A DNA stretch of 41,214 nt from contig CAZFHG010000002.1 of assembly GCA_964518665.1 (NCBI GenBank), forward strand, positions 1-41,214, written 5' to 3'. Under the pieces are notes generated by a model. It did not search any database and was not told the DNA's origin. It saw only the letters and a list, made by a program, of their open reading frames with translations. Origin of the DNA: an uncultured Opitutaceae bacterium. GTDB lineage: Bacteria > Verrucomicrobiota > Verrucomicrobiia > Opitutales > Opitutaceae. Shown one piece after another: positions 24,957 to 33,837 of this stretch (its first letter is position 1; the number at the start of each line of letters is the position of its first letter). A program made the translations under genes and the position numbers.

Positions 24957-25661
24957 TCAGGTACGGGCGGGAGGCGGAACGGCGGTCGGAGGGGTGCTGC
25001 CGCCGGTGACCGCAGGAGCCGGAGCGGCGGTGGGAAACGGCGCAGCCGTGACAGAACCGGCGGGTTTCGGAAAAGGTGCATTGCTGCCGGGCTTCGCGAA
25101 CGGTGCGGTGGTGCCGCCGGGAGGGGTGATGCGGCCGAAGGGCGAACGCGTGCCGGGGGTGGGCACGGCGCGCTCGAGCTCCAGCTTTTCGAGATAGTCG
25201 GCAATGGCGTCGAGGGTGACGCCAAACCACAGGACGGAGCCGCCGAGCAACTTTTCCCAATGCGCCCGCACGGCCGGACTGAGGTAATAGGCGGTAGCGA
25301 TGAAATGAAAGTCCTCCTCACGGTCGAAGGGCACGGACCAGGTGGCCCAGCAGGAACTGACGTCGGTCTGGCGGCGGATGTCCTCCGGCACATCGTAATC
25401 ACGGAGGTCCACGAGGCCGACGCCCTCGTTGTCCACGACGTGCTGCAGCACGTCCTCCTCGCGCACGACCTTCATCTCATAGCAAAGGATGCCAAGGACG
25501 GTGTTCTGCCGGGGCTGGCCGGAGGCAACGAGCTCCAAGAGGCGTTCGTTGGCTTTTTCCAGGTCGTCGATCTTGACGAGATTGGCGTCCACCAAATTGG
25601 CCCCCATCAGGCGGTTGGCCCGCATGAGCAGTGAACGGTATTCTGTAGCCATCGCGGACAT
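24957..25661 (-). CDS. standalone T2SSE_N (GspE/PilB N-terminal, MshEN-like) domain protein with Pro/Ala-rich tail
   Basis: The N-terminal ~160 aa show the T2SSE_N pattern (RLMGANLVDANLVKIDDLEKANERL..., VLGILCYEMKVVREEDVLQHV, GVGLVDLRDYDVPEDI, FDREEDFHFIATAY). The C-terminus is low-complexity with three APF repeats. An alternative ATG is at 25652. Confidence 0.65.
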   Translation of the reverse strand: MSAMATEYRSLLMRANRLMGANLVDANLVKIDDLEKANERLLELVASGQPRQNTVLGILCYEMKVVREEDVLQHVVDNEGVGLVDLRDYDVPEDIRRQTDVSSCWATWSVPFDREEDFHFIATAYYLSPAVRAHWEKLLGGSVLWFGVTLDAIADYLEKLELERAVPTPGTRSPFGRITPPGGTTAPFAKPGSNAPFPKPAGSVTAAPFPTAAPAPAVTGGSTPPTAVPPPART

Positions 25662-25664
25662 AGA

Positions 25665-26711
25665 TTACGCGTTTGCCGCCGCCTTGCGCGACATTTTTTC
25701 GCGGCGGCGCAGAGCCGTGACGCGCTTGAGCAATTCCTTCTTGAGCTTGGGCAGACCGTCGCCCGTGAGGCAGGAGATCTCCATGATTGCCGCCTTCGGG
25801 TACCGCTTCTGGAACTTGGCCAGGTTGGCGGCGGATTCGGGGACATCCATCTTGTTTGCGACCACGATGATTGGCTTCTCGAGCAGGGCCGGGTCGTAGA
25901 GCTCCAGCTCGTGGACGAGGTGCTTGTAATCGCTGCGCGGGTCGCGGGCGTCGGTGCCGGCCATGTCCACGAGGAGGAGCAGGAGGGCGCAACGCTCGAT
26001 GTGGCGGAGGAAGCGGTGGCCGAGACCGCGGTTCTCGCTGGCGCCCTCGATGAGTCCCGGGACGTCGGCGAGGAGCAGGCGCTTTTCGTTTGGATACTCG
26101 ATGACACCGATCTGCGGGTGCAGCGTGGTGAAGGGATAGGCGGCGGTCTTGGGGCGGGCCTTCGTGATGGCGCGGGTCAGCGAGGACTTGCCGGCATTGG
26201 GAAAGCCCACAAGCCCGACGTCGGCGATGCTCTTGAGAATCAAACGATAGCTTCCGGTTTCACCGGGCAGACCGGGATTGGCGCGCTTGGGGGCCTGGAA
26301 GGTGGAGGACTTGAAGTGGGTGTTGCCCCATCCGCCGTTGCCACCCTTGCAGAGAATGATCTCCTCGCCGTCGTGGATAAGTTCGGCGACGACCTTGCCG
26401 GTGGCCTCGTCGGTCACGACGGTCCCGAGCGGCAGGCGGATGCGGCAATGCTCGCCGTCCTTGCCATGCTGGTCGGAGCCGAGCCCGTGCTCCCCTCGCC
26501 CGGCGCGCCAGTGCGGCTGGTACTTGTAGTCCACAAGGTTGTTGGTGTCGTCGTCACCCACGAGGATGACGTCGCCACCGCGCCCGCCGTCGCCGCCGTT
26601 GGGTCCGCCCCAAGGCTCGTATTTTTCGCGGCGGAAGCTCACGCAACCACGTCCGCCATCACCGGCCGCCAATTTAACTGTGCACTCGTCAACAAACATA
26701 AGTCCAACCAT
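25665..26711 (-). CDS. obgE: GTPase Obg/CgtA
   Basis: FVDECTVKLAAGDGGRGCVSFRREKYEPWGGPNGGDGGRGGDV is the Obg fold, and the G domain shows GFPNAGKSSL and DVPGLIEGA. An alternative start (MFVDE) is at 26699. Confidence 0.92.
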   Translation of the reverse strand: MVGLMFVDECTVKLAAGDGGRGCVSFRREKYEPWGGPNGGDGGRGGDVILVGDDDTNNLVDYKYQPHWRAGRGEHGLGSDQHGKDGEHCRIRLPLGTVVTDEATGKVVAELIHDGEEIILCKGGNGGWGNTHFKSSTFQAPKRANPGLPGETGSYRLILKSIADVGLVGFPNAGKSSLTRAITKARPKTAAYPFTTLHPQIGVIEYPNEKRLLLADVPGLIEGASENRGLGHRFLRHIERCALLLLLVDMAGTDARDPRSDYKHLVHELELYDPALLEKPIIVVANKMDVPESAANLAKFQKRYPKAAIMEISCLTGDGLPKLKKELLKRVTALRRREKMSRKAAANA

Positions 26712-26758
26712 GCAGATGCCGGGACGTTTGCCAAGGCCGGCGCGGAAACGGACTGTTT

Positions 26759-26958
26759 TTAACCACGGATTTCACGGATGGCACGGATTCCATTCATTCT
26801 CCCTCGCGAAGACGCGCGAGTCACGGAAGACGGCCTCAAGAAGCTCAGAAAGCAAATAAGGAACCAGCCCGGTAATTCTGATCATGTGTTTTTTGAGCCA
26901 TATGTGGCCATCTCCAAGTATAAATCCAATCCGTGAAACAGTGCGATCCCTGGTTAAA
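26759..26958. repeat. inverted pair of CACGGAT-type TTAACC repeats with internal periodic segment
   Basis: TTAACCACGGATTTCACGGATGGCACGGATTCC (26759-26791) pairs with AATCCAATCCGTGAAACAGTGCGATCCCTGGTTAAA (26923-26958). The segment 26803-26835 (CGCGAAGAC GCGCGAGTC ACGGAAGAC) has the same 9-nt period. Confidence 0.8.
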
Positions 26959-26960
26959 CC

Positions 26961-28916
26961 TCAGCCCACGCCGGGCCAGTCCTTGCCATTGACGGTCACG
27001 CGCACAGTCCTGCCGCGGACTACCTTTAGGTTCAGCTGCGTTCCGCATAGCTTCAGGTTCGCCTCGGCACTCTTCAGGCCCTTGGGGAGGCGCGGGCGGA
27101 TTTCAAGGCCGTGCTCGCAGGGGCGCACGCCGAGGATGTGCTGGATGTACAGCACGATGAGTTCGGCCCAGTTCCAGACGACGATGCCGACCTGCGGGAA
27201 TGGCGGGGCCAGGCGTTTGCCGTAGAACTCAAACCAGGTGCCGGCCTGCGCGCCGGGAACCTGATCCAGCCAGCGCAATATGCGCCAGACCTTGGCGTCA
27301 TCGCCGGCCTCGATCGCGGCCCGGGCAATGAAGAGCGAGGCAAAGGGCCAGCCGCCGGGGGAATCGGGCTCGGAAGTCACATGGTAGCGGCCGTAGCCGC
27401 CGGTCTTCCAATCCTGGTTCCACAGGGTCTCGAGCGACTTGAGCGTGCGTCGGGCAAGACCGGATTTGGCCGGAATCATGCCGAGCGCGATGGGCAGCGC
27501 CGCCGAGGTGTCGGGGTTGAGGTAATGCGGCCCCGCCGCACCCAACGGCACGGCACCAGGGAGTTGCGCAGAGTCGAGTGCCTTGATGGTTTCCTGCACC
27601 CGGCCATCGGGGCCGCGGCGCTTGATGAAGCCGCGTGCGTCGTGCATGCGGTATCGCGGATGGGTGAGGATCGCCGCCTTGAGCTTTTCGGCCTCCCGGT
27701 CCCACCGGACCGCCTCGGCGTCGTGGCCGGTGAGCCGGGCCAGCACCGCCCCGGCGGCGAGGCCGTGGGCGACGTAGCACTGGTAGATCAGCTCCATGCC
27801 ATGCTGGATGCCGTGCGCCTTGTGGCGCTCCCAGAATTCGCGCGAGTTAACCAGCAACCCGCTCTTGGGATGCCGGAAAACCTTCTGCAACGGAAATTCG
27901 GCGGCGGCGGCGATCTTGCTCCAATGCTCGCGCACGAGAGCAACATTCCCGGTCCACATCACATAATCCTTCAACGTACAGAGCAGCAGCCCGTTCTGAT
28001 CAAGCTCCACGTCGGCCGGATTGCGCTTTTCGCTGGAATCCAGGGTGTCGCCCTCGGGCGTGACGAATTTACGGAGCAGGCGGGTAAGAATCGTGGTGGC
28101 CGGTCCGGTCGCGCCAATCAGGGTCAGCGCCAGGGCGATCATGGACTGGTCGCGGAGCCACTCGAGATTGTACTGCCAGATGCTGCCATCAATGCAGCCC
28201 TGCCGGGAGACGGCGACCGGCAACTGGGCGCAGGAGGCACGGAAGAAATGATCCAGCCGGGGGTGACCGAACTTAACCTGGGCCAGGCTGCGCCAGAATT
28301 CGAGGCACTCGGGATCGCGCGGCACGCTGGACAGGAATGCGACCCTCACGCGATCCGCCGCGGGCAAAAGCGTAAAGCCCATGACGAGAGTGCGACTCGC
28401 CCCGGCCGCCAGCACGAGGCGGCGCCGGATGAGTTTGGAGCCGGCGCCAGCCGCGACTTCGCAGGTGACGCGGTTCCGGCCGGAGTTCTGCAGCGTCACT
28501 TCCCGGCAGATGATCGGGCGCTTCCAGGTCGGGCAGGAAAAACGTTCCGTGATGCGCAAGCCGGCGGCCGACCAGCGCACGGCAACGGTCGGCACCGGGG
28601 CCTTGGTTTCCCAGCCGACGCGGCAGCGACCGGCGATCGGGGAATGGGTGCGACTGCCCGTGGTGATGCGGAGCTGCGTCGCCGCGAGGCCCGTGGCGGG
28701 GTCCATCGTGACGGCCTCGCGTTTTTTACGCAGGCGGTCGGGATTCATCACCAGCAAGCCGACGGGAGTCCCCTCCCCGGCCGGCGCCCATTGGACGGCG
28801 GCCTGGATCAGGCCGTTGCCGAGGAAAAAATACTCCACGTCCTTCAGTTTGGTGCGGACGTCTTCGGGTCCGATGTTGGGGTCGTCGTGGTAGAAATGCT
28901 CGCTGGCATCAATCAT
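26961..28916 (-). CDS. glycoside hydrolase family 15-like (alpha/alpha)6-barrel protein
   Basis: The segments YNLEWLRDQS, NSREFWERH and GGYGRY..., together with the helix-repeat architecture, resemble glucoamylase/GH15-related enzymes. The ATG is at 28916. The ORF extension to 29045 runs through a repeat element. Confidence 0.65.
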   Translation of the reverse strand: MIDASEHFYHDDPNIGPEDVRTKLKDVEYFFLGNGLIQAAVQWAPAGEGTPVGLLVMNPDRLRKKREAVTMDPATGLAATQLRITTGSRTHSPIAGRCRVGWETKAPVPTVAVRWSAAGLRITERFSCPTWKRPIICREVTLQNSGRNRVTCEVAAGAGSKLIRRRLVLAAGASRTLVMGFTLLPAADRVRVAFLSSVPRDPECLEFWRSLAQVKFGHPRLDHFFRASCAQLPVAVSRQGCIDGSIWQYNLEWLRDQSMIALALTLIGATGPATTILTRLLRKFVTPEGDTLDSSEKRNPADVELDQNGLLLCTLKDYVMWTGNVALVREHWSKIAAAAEFPLQKVFRHPKSGLLVNSREFWERHKAHGIQHGMELIYQCYVAHGLAAGAVLARLTGHDAEAVRWDREAEKLKAAILTHPRYRMHDARGFIKRRGPDGRVQETIKALDSAQLPGAVPLGAAGPHYLNPDTSAALPIALGMIPAKSGLARRTLKSLETLWNQDWKTGGYGRYHVTSEPDSPGGWPFASLFIARAAIEAGDDAKVWRILRWLDQVPGAQAGTWFEFYGKRLAPPFPQVGIVVWNWAELIVLYIQHILGVRPCEHGLEIRPRLPKGLKSAEANLKLCGTQLNLKVVRGRTVRVTVNGKDWPGVG

Positions 28917-29007
28917 GGTGAACCCAAACGCTAGAAACAGGGTGCCCGTTGGCGCGATGCAAAACGCGTGGTTCCGCCCTGCGCCGGATGAATATTTACC
29001 ACGGAAA

Positions 29008-29050
29008 CTGTAGGCGCGGCTTGATGCCGCGATCGAAAGCGCCAAATCGG
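29008..29050. repeat. B-family half element
   Basis: CTGTAGGCGCGGCTTGATGCCGCGATCGAAAGCGCCAAATCGG matches the left arm and spacer of the 3112 copy. The right arm is missing. Confidence 0.65.
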
Positions 29051-29127
29051 AGAATACAGGGCAGGGATTCCGGCTTGCTTCGATGCCTTGCGCGAAGGCG
29101 GATCCAGCCTCGTTTACCCAACAGGGC

Positions 29128-29197
29128 CTCTCGCGGAGGCGCGGAGTACGCAGAGAATACCTTCAGCCACTCCGCGTGCTCCGCGCCTCCGCGTGAG
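29128..29197. repeat. CGCGGAG-type periodic palindromic element
   Basis: CTCTCGCGGAGGCGCGGAGTACGCAGAG (29128-29155) pairs with CTCCGCGTGCTCCGCGCCTCCGCGTGAG (29170-29197), with 3 mismatches over 28 nt. It lies 64 nt after the ftsZ stop. Confidence 0.8.
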
Positions 29198-29260
29198 ACA
29201 ATGTTGCAGACAAGTGCCGGTTATCGGAAACTCCACCCTGCCGTAATCAAATCAGCCCAC

Positions 29261-30529
29261 TCAGAGCGTGATCTTGATGCCCTTGCGCAGGTACGTGGGC
29301 ACGTCGAGGTCGGAACCGTCAAAGAGATTGCGGTCGGTTTTCTCAAAGTAGCCGCGGCTCTCGATTTCACCGAAACCAAATTCGTCCTGCGCGACTTTGA
29401 TCGCCGCGAGTTCGGCGGCGTGGGCCTCGGCCGTCTGGGTGGTGGCAGTGGCCGGCGCGGCGGCCGGCGCGCCCTCGGTCGCAGTGGCGGGCGCGGTGCG
29501 GGTGGCACGAGCCGGGACCGGAGTCGGCCGGCGGGCGCCGCCAATGCGGCCGCCCATGTCGCTGGTGCCGATGACGCACACCTCGACGCGGTTCTGCATG
29601 CTCTCGTCAATCACGGCGCCCATGATGACGTGCGACTCACGACCGAACTGGTCGGTGATGGCGGTCATGAGTTCGTTGACCTTGGGCAGGGTGAGATCGG
29701 TGCCGCCGATGATGTTGACCAGCAGCCGGTCGGCCTTGCGGGAAAACTCCGGGGTGTGGAGCAGCGGGCAGAGCTTCAGGCTCGCAATGGTGTCGGCCAC
29801 GCAGGTCTCGCCGGCGCCTTCACCGAGTCCAAAAAGCGTTTTGCTGCCGCGCTGCAGGAAGACCTGGCGCAGGGCGGAGAAGTCGAGGTTGATGAGGCCG
29901 GTCTTGAAGAGCATGGCCCAGATGGACTTCACGCCGCGGCCGATCCACTCGTCGGCGCGGGCAAAGGAATCCAGCACCGAGGCGTCCTCGGCTCCCTCCT
30001 GCAGGAGGATGTCGTTGGGCAGCGGGATGACGGCGTCGCAGACCTTGCGCAACGCGAGCAGGCCTTCCTCGGCCTGCTTGAGGCGGCGGCCGCCCTCGAA
30101 GCTGAAAGGCAGGGTGACAAACGCGATCACGAGCGCGCCCGCCTCGGCGGCGGTTTCGGCAACGACGGGGAGCGCACCGCTGCCGGTGCCGCCGCCCATG
30201 CCGCCGATGAGGAAGACGAGGTCGCAGTCCTTGACGACGGCGGCGATTTTTTCGCGGTCAGCCTCGGCGGCCTCGCGACCGAGATCGGGATCGCCACCGG
30301 CCCCGAGGCCGCGGGTGACGCTCATGCCGATCAGCACCTTGTCCTGCACGGGCGAACTCGAGAGCGCCTGGTAATCGGTGTTGATCACGGCCATCTGCAA
30401 GCGCTCGAGATTCTCCATCTTGAGGCGGTCCACGGCGTTGGAGCCGGCGCCGCCGACGCCCACCAGCTTGATGGCGATGTTGCGGTCGGTGAGGAGCTCG
30501 TGCTCGAGGGGAAGTTCGTTGAGATTCAT
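29261..30529 (-). CDS. ftsZ: cell division protein FtsZ
   Basis: Present are IKLVGVGGAGSNAVDRL, the tubulin signature GGMGGGTGSGALPVVAE, and the C-terminal peptide DLDVPTYLRKG. The ATG at 30529 lies 5 nt after the ftsA stop. Confidence 0.95.
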   Translation of the reverse strand: MNLNELPLEHELLTDRNIAIKLVGVGGAGSNAVDRLKMENLERLQMAVINTDYQALSSSPVQDKVLIGMSVTRGLGAGGDPDLGREAAEADREKIAAVVKDCDLVFLIGGMGGGTGSGALPVVAETAAEAGALVIAFVTLPFSFEGGRRLKQAEEGLLALRKVCDAVIPLPNDILLQEGAEDASVLDSFARADEWIGRGVKSIWAMLFKTGLINLDFSALRQVFLQRGSKTLFGLGEGAGETCVADTIASLKLCPLLHTPEFSRKADRLLVNIIGGTDLTLPKVNELMTAITDQFGRESHVIMGAVIDESMQNRVEVCVIGTSDMGGRIGGARRPTPVPARATRTAPATATEGAPAAAPATATTQTAEAHAAELAAIKVAQDEFGFGEIESRGYFEKTDRNLFDGSDLDVPTYLRKGIKITL

Positions 30530-30534
30530 GGCGC

Positions 30535-31737
30535 TCAAGTCGAGGCGAAGAGCCGGGAAAAGAATCCGGCCTTGCGCCGGGGTGCATCGGAACGGTCGGC
30601 GCGGGAATTCACGCCGTAGTAAAGGACGCCGAGGGCGGTGTTGTAACCGGGGTCGCGAAGGTTTTCGGCCACCCATCCTGGCGTTTCGCCCAAGTGGGCG
30701 GGTACGCCAAAAACGTGGGCCGCGGTTTCAGCGATGCCGGCGAGCTTGGCGGTGCCGCCACTGAGGACGACGCCGGCCGAGCAGGTCTCGGGGGTGAAGG
30801 CGCCGCCGAGCTTCTTCCGCACGATCTCGAGGATCTCCGTGACGCGCGCGGAGGTGATCTGCTCGATGGCGTGACGGGAGAACTGCCGGTCGCCGATGGC
30901 AAAGTTGCCGTCGAGCCAGACCTTCTCGCCCTTGTCCCGGGTGATGATGGAGGCGCGGCCGAAGCGGTGCTTGAGCTTCTCCGCCTTCCCCTCGGCGAGG
31001 CGGAGGCCGATGCTGAGGTCGTTGGTGATGTGGGCGCCGCCGACCGCGAGGACGCCGGTGGTGTGCGGCACGCCGTCGCGATAGATGGCGAAATCCGTGG
31101 TGCCGGCGCCGATATCAATCGCGAGCACGCCGTGCTGGCGCTCCTCGGGGGTCGTGATCATGTGGCCCGTCGCAAGGCTGGAGAGCACGAGTTCGCGGAC
31201 CTCGAGGTTGAAGCCGCGGATGACGTGGATGAAATCGGCGAGCTTGTTTTCTTGCCCGTGCACGGTCCAGTAGCCGACATCAAGGCGCTGTCCGACAAGG
31301 TGCTCGGGATTGGGGACCAGGCGTCCGTCCACGCGGAAAGGCCGGCGGATGTGATGGACGACGAGACGGCCGGCGGGCAGTTGCTTGGCGCGCGCCAGTT
31401 CGCAAACCGTGCGGATGTCCTCCGCCCCGATCATGTTGTCGGCGGCCTTCACGCTCACGGCGGCCTCGTTGTAGAAGCCTTCGAGATGTCCGCCGGACTG
31501 GGCGAGGAACACGAGGTCGATGCGCTCGCCGGCCTCGCGTTCGGCCTGTTCTAGCGCGCTGTGGGTGCACTCGCTCGCCGCCTTGTAGTCGACGACGGTA
31601 CCCTTGATGATGCCACGGGACTGGCATTCGCCGCGGCCGATGATGGCGAGTTCGCGGCCGTTGTATTCGCCTATCAGGACGGTGATCTTGGAGGTGCCGA
31701 TCTCGACGGCGCCGATGAAGGTGGGACTAGAGCTCAC
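30535..31737 (-). CDS. ftsA: cell division protein FtsA
   Basis: The actin-like ATPase motifs are AVEIGTSKITVLIGE, LAIDIGAGTTDFAIY and VLSGGTAKLAGI, and the C-terminal amphipathic tail is GFFSRLFAS. The only plausible start near the conserved N-terminus is the GTG at 31737, which overlaps ftsQ by 11 nt. The ATG at 31890 would add about 50 non-conserved aa. Confidence 0.88.
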   Translation of the reverse strand: MSSSPTFIGAVEIGTSKITVLIGEYNGRELAIIGRGECQSRGIIKGTVVDYKAASECTHSALEQAEREAGERIDLVFLAQSGGHLEGFYNEAAVSVKAADNMIGAEDIRTVCELARAKQLPAGRLVVHHIRRPFRVDGRLVPNPEHLVGQRLDVGYWTVHGQENKLADFIHVIRGFNLEVRELVLSSLATGHMITTPEERQHGVLAIDIGAGTTDFAIYRDGVPHTTGVLAVGGAHITNDLSIGLRLAEGKAEKLKHRFGRASIITRDKGEKVWLDGNFAIGDRQFSRHAIEQITSARVTEILEIVRKKLGGAFTPETCSAGVVLSGGTAKLAGIAETAAHVFGVPAHLGETPGWVAENLRDPGYNTALGVLYYGVNSRADRSDAPRRKAGFFSRLFAST

Positions 31738-32761
31738 GCGGATTCTTCTTCTGCGGATTGTTGAAGGGGATGAAAAAAGGCTTTGGCTCCGACGCGGGCG
31801 CCGGGGCGATGGCAGACGGGGCCGGCTTGGCGGCCGAGGGATCGGTCGGGGTGGCGAGCGTAACGGGCACCTGGTAGCTGCCGTCGGCATTGCGGTCCAT
31901 GTCGGAGGCCCGGCCGATGGCGAGGTTGATCTCCTTCAGGGGCTGGCCGGTATCAATGAGCACATCCAGCAGGGCGAGCTGGCGGAAGTAATCCACCGCG
32001 GCATTGAAGGTGATCTTCTCCGCCAGCGTGGAGCTCACCAGCAGTTCGCCGTCGGACTCGAGCCGGGCGAGCGAAATCACCTTCCACGTGGCGTAGAGGT
32101 GCGGCGCCTCGTTGCGGGCCTTGGCCAGCAGCTCGGCGGCGGGCTCCATGCCGGTCAGGGGCTGGAAACGGTCGCGGGTGCGCACGAGTTTCACGCCGTC
32201 GAGCCAGACCAGTGAGTTCACCAATTCCGGATCGTAGCCGGCGCCCTCGTATACCACGCCATCGCGCGCCACGAGGAGCTCGCGGGTCGAACCGTCGGCG
32301 AGCTGCGCCATCACGCGCACAACCGGGGTGCGCTCGGTCAGCGCGACGGCGAGGGTCGAGGGAAAGTGGCGGGTGACCGTGGCGCTGCGGACCTGGCCGC
32401 TGGCCAGCAGGCGGCCGCGCAACTGCTCGAGGTCGAGCTCCATCAGCGAGGCGGAGCGCGGCAGGGCCAGCGTGCGGGTGATCCAAGCCTGATCGAGCAC
32501 GCCGTCGGTCGCGACGGCGATTTCCTTCACCGGGGTGGAGCTGATGGTGCGGGAGGGACCGCCCGGATGCTCCTGCAGCGCCGCCGTCACGGCCCACACG
32601 AGGCCGATCAACAGCACGACCGTGACGACGGCCATGGTGGTTTTCAGCGACTGCCGCATCACGCGACGGCGACCGCCCTGCGACATGGCGCGCGGTTTGA
32701 GCTGTTGCGGAATATCGCGCCAGCTACGGGTGTCGGGTAAATTGTCCTGATTTCGGCTCAC
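31727..32761 (-). CDS. ftsQ: cell division protein FtsQ (POTRA domain)
   Basis: The call rests on position between ddl and ftsA, a single TM segment (TTMAVVTVVLLIGLVWAV), a POTRA-like segment (VKEIAV.TDGVLDQAWI...L), and a Pro/Ala-rich C-terminal tail. The start is either a GTG at 32761 (GTGA overlap with the ddl stop) or an ATG at 32686. Confidence 0.75.
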   Translation of the reverse strand: MSRNQDNLPDTRSWRDIPQQLKPRAMSQGGRRRVMRQSLKTTMAVVTVVLLIGLVWAVTAALQEHPGGPSRTISSTPVKEIAVATDGVLDQAWITRTLALPRSASLMELDLEQLRGRLLASGQVRSATVTRHFPSTLAVALTERTPVVRVMAQLADGSTRELLVARDGVVYEGAGYDPELVNSLVWLDGVKLVRTRDRFQPLTGMEPAAELLAKARNEAPHLYATWKVISLARLESDGELLVSSTLAEKITFNAAVDYFRQLALLDVLIDTGQPLKEINLAIGRASDMDRNADGSYQVPVTLATPTDPSAAKPAPSAIAPAPASEPKPFFIPFNNPQKKNPREL

Positions 32762-33693
32762 GGAGAGAGGGGGCGGCCGGACGAGGCGAAACGCTGCAGC
32801 GCAGGCCGGACAAGCTCCCGGACCAATGCCGTGAAATCCAGCCCCGCGCAGCGTGCACTCATCGGCAGCAAACTGGTTTCCTTCATGCCGGGTAGCGTGT
32901 TGATTTCCAGCAAATAAAGCATGTTTTTCGGCGCCAGAATAAAGTCCACGCGGGCATAGTCCCGGCACCCGCAGGCGGCAAAGGCGGTCTCGGCGGCACG
33001 CTGCACCTGGGCGGTGACCGTTTCGTCCAATGGCGCGGGGCAAAAATACTCCGTCATGCCCTTGGTGTACTTGCTGACGTAATCGTAAACACCTGACTTC
33101 GGCCGGATTTCCACGACGCCCATGGCGCGACCGTTCAGCACGCCGACGGAGAGTTCGCGGCCGCGAATGCGTTCCTCGATGAGCCAGTTCCCGCGCGTGA
33201 TGCCGGCCAGCGCGGTTTCCAATTCCGCGCGGTTGCCGACCATGCTGAGCCCGACGCTACTGCCCTCGTCGTTGGGTTTCACCACCACCTCGGTGCCCAG
33301 CTTTGCCACGACCTCATCCGCGGTGGGCCGGCGGTCGGCGGAAAAACGCAGGTCGCGGGCCACGCCGACGCCCTTGGCCGCGGCGGCCTGCTTGGTCCGG
33401 GCCTTGTCCATGGTGAGTGCACTGCCGGCCGCATCACAGCCGGCGTAAGCAATGCCCGCCGCATCCATGAGTTTTTGCATGCCGCCGTCCTCGCCAAAGG
33501 TCCCGTGCAGGGTCGAAAACACGACGTGCCGCGCGGGATCGAGCCCGGCCGGCAGGGCATCCGCGGTGACGTCGAACCAGCGGGTCGGAAATGAGCGGGC
33601 CAGCGCGGCAGCGCAGGCGCGACCCGAACCAAGGGACACCTCGCGCTCGGATGAAATGCCGCCGGCCAGCACAGCGATGATTGGGGCGTTCAT
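32758..33693 (-). CDS. ddl: D-alanine--D-alanine ligase
   Basis: IAVLAGGISSEREVSLGSG, HGTFGEDGGMQKLMDAAGIAYAGC, VVKPNDEGSSVG and LLEINTLPGM are Ddl ATP-grasp motifs. Confidence 0.93.
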   Translation of the reverse strand: MNAPIIAVLAGGISSEREVSLGSGRACAAALARSFPTRWFDVTADALPAGLDPARHVVFSTLHGTFGEDGGMQKLMDAAGIAYAGCDAAGSALTMDKARTKQAAAAKGVGVARDLRFSADRRPTADEVVAKLGTEVVVKPNDEGSSVGLSMVGNRAELETALAGITRGNWLIEERIRGRELSVGVLNGRAMGVVEIRPKSGVYDYVSKYTKGMTEYFCPAPLDETVTAQVQRAAETAFAACGCRDYARVDFILAPKNMLYLLEINTLPGMKETSLLPMSARCAGLDFTALVRELVRPALQRFASSGRPLSP

Positions 33694-33716
33694 GGGTAAT
33701 TCAGGTCAGGCAGGGA

Positions 33717-33823
33717 TTTAACCGCAAAGAACGCAAGGAGCGCAAAGAGCACAGACTACAGGGTGAGCGATGCACTAAAGCTTTCTTCTCCTCTTTGCGT
33801 TCTCTGCGTTCCTTGCGGATAAA
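33717..33823. repeat. CGCAAAG-type TTAACC periodic palindromic element
   Basis: TTTAACCGCAAAGAACGCAAGGAGCGCAAAGAGC (33717-33750) has an imperfect complement CTCTTTGCGTTCTCTGCGTTCCTTGCGGATAAA (33791-33823). It fills the ddl / murC-murB intergenic gap. Confidence 0.85.
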
Positions 33824-33837
33824 TTGGTTCGATCCGC

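Noticed and set aside
28917-29045. N-terminal extensions offered by the ORF track for several genes: GH15-like to 29045, ftsZ to 30676, ftsA to 31890, ftsQ to 33043, murC to 36444, coaX to 6886, receptor to 11851, TPR to 22262, and LuxR to 1637.
   Set aside because: The extensions overlap upstream genes or repeat elements and are Arg/Pro-rich with no conservation pattern. They are superseded by internal starts that reproduce the canonical family N-termini and give typical 1-20-nt overlaps or short gaps.
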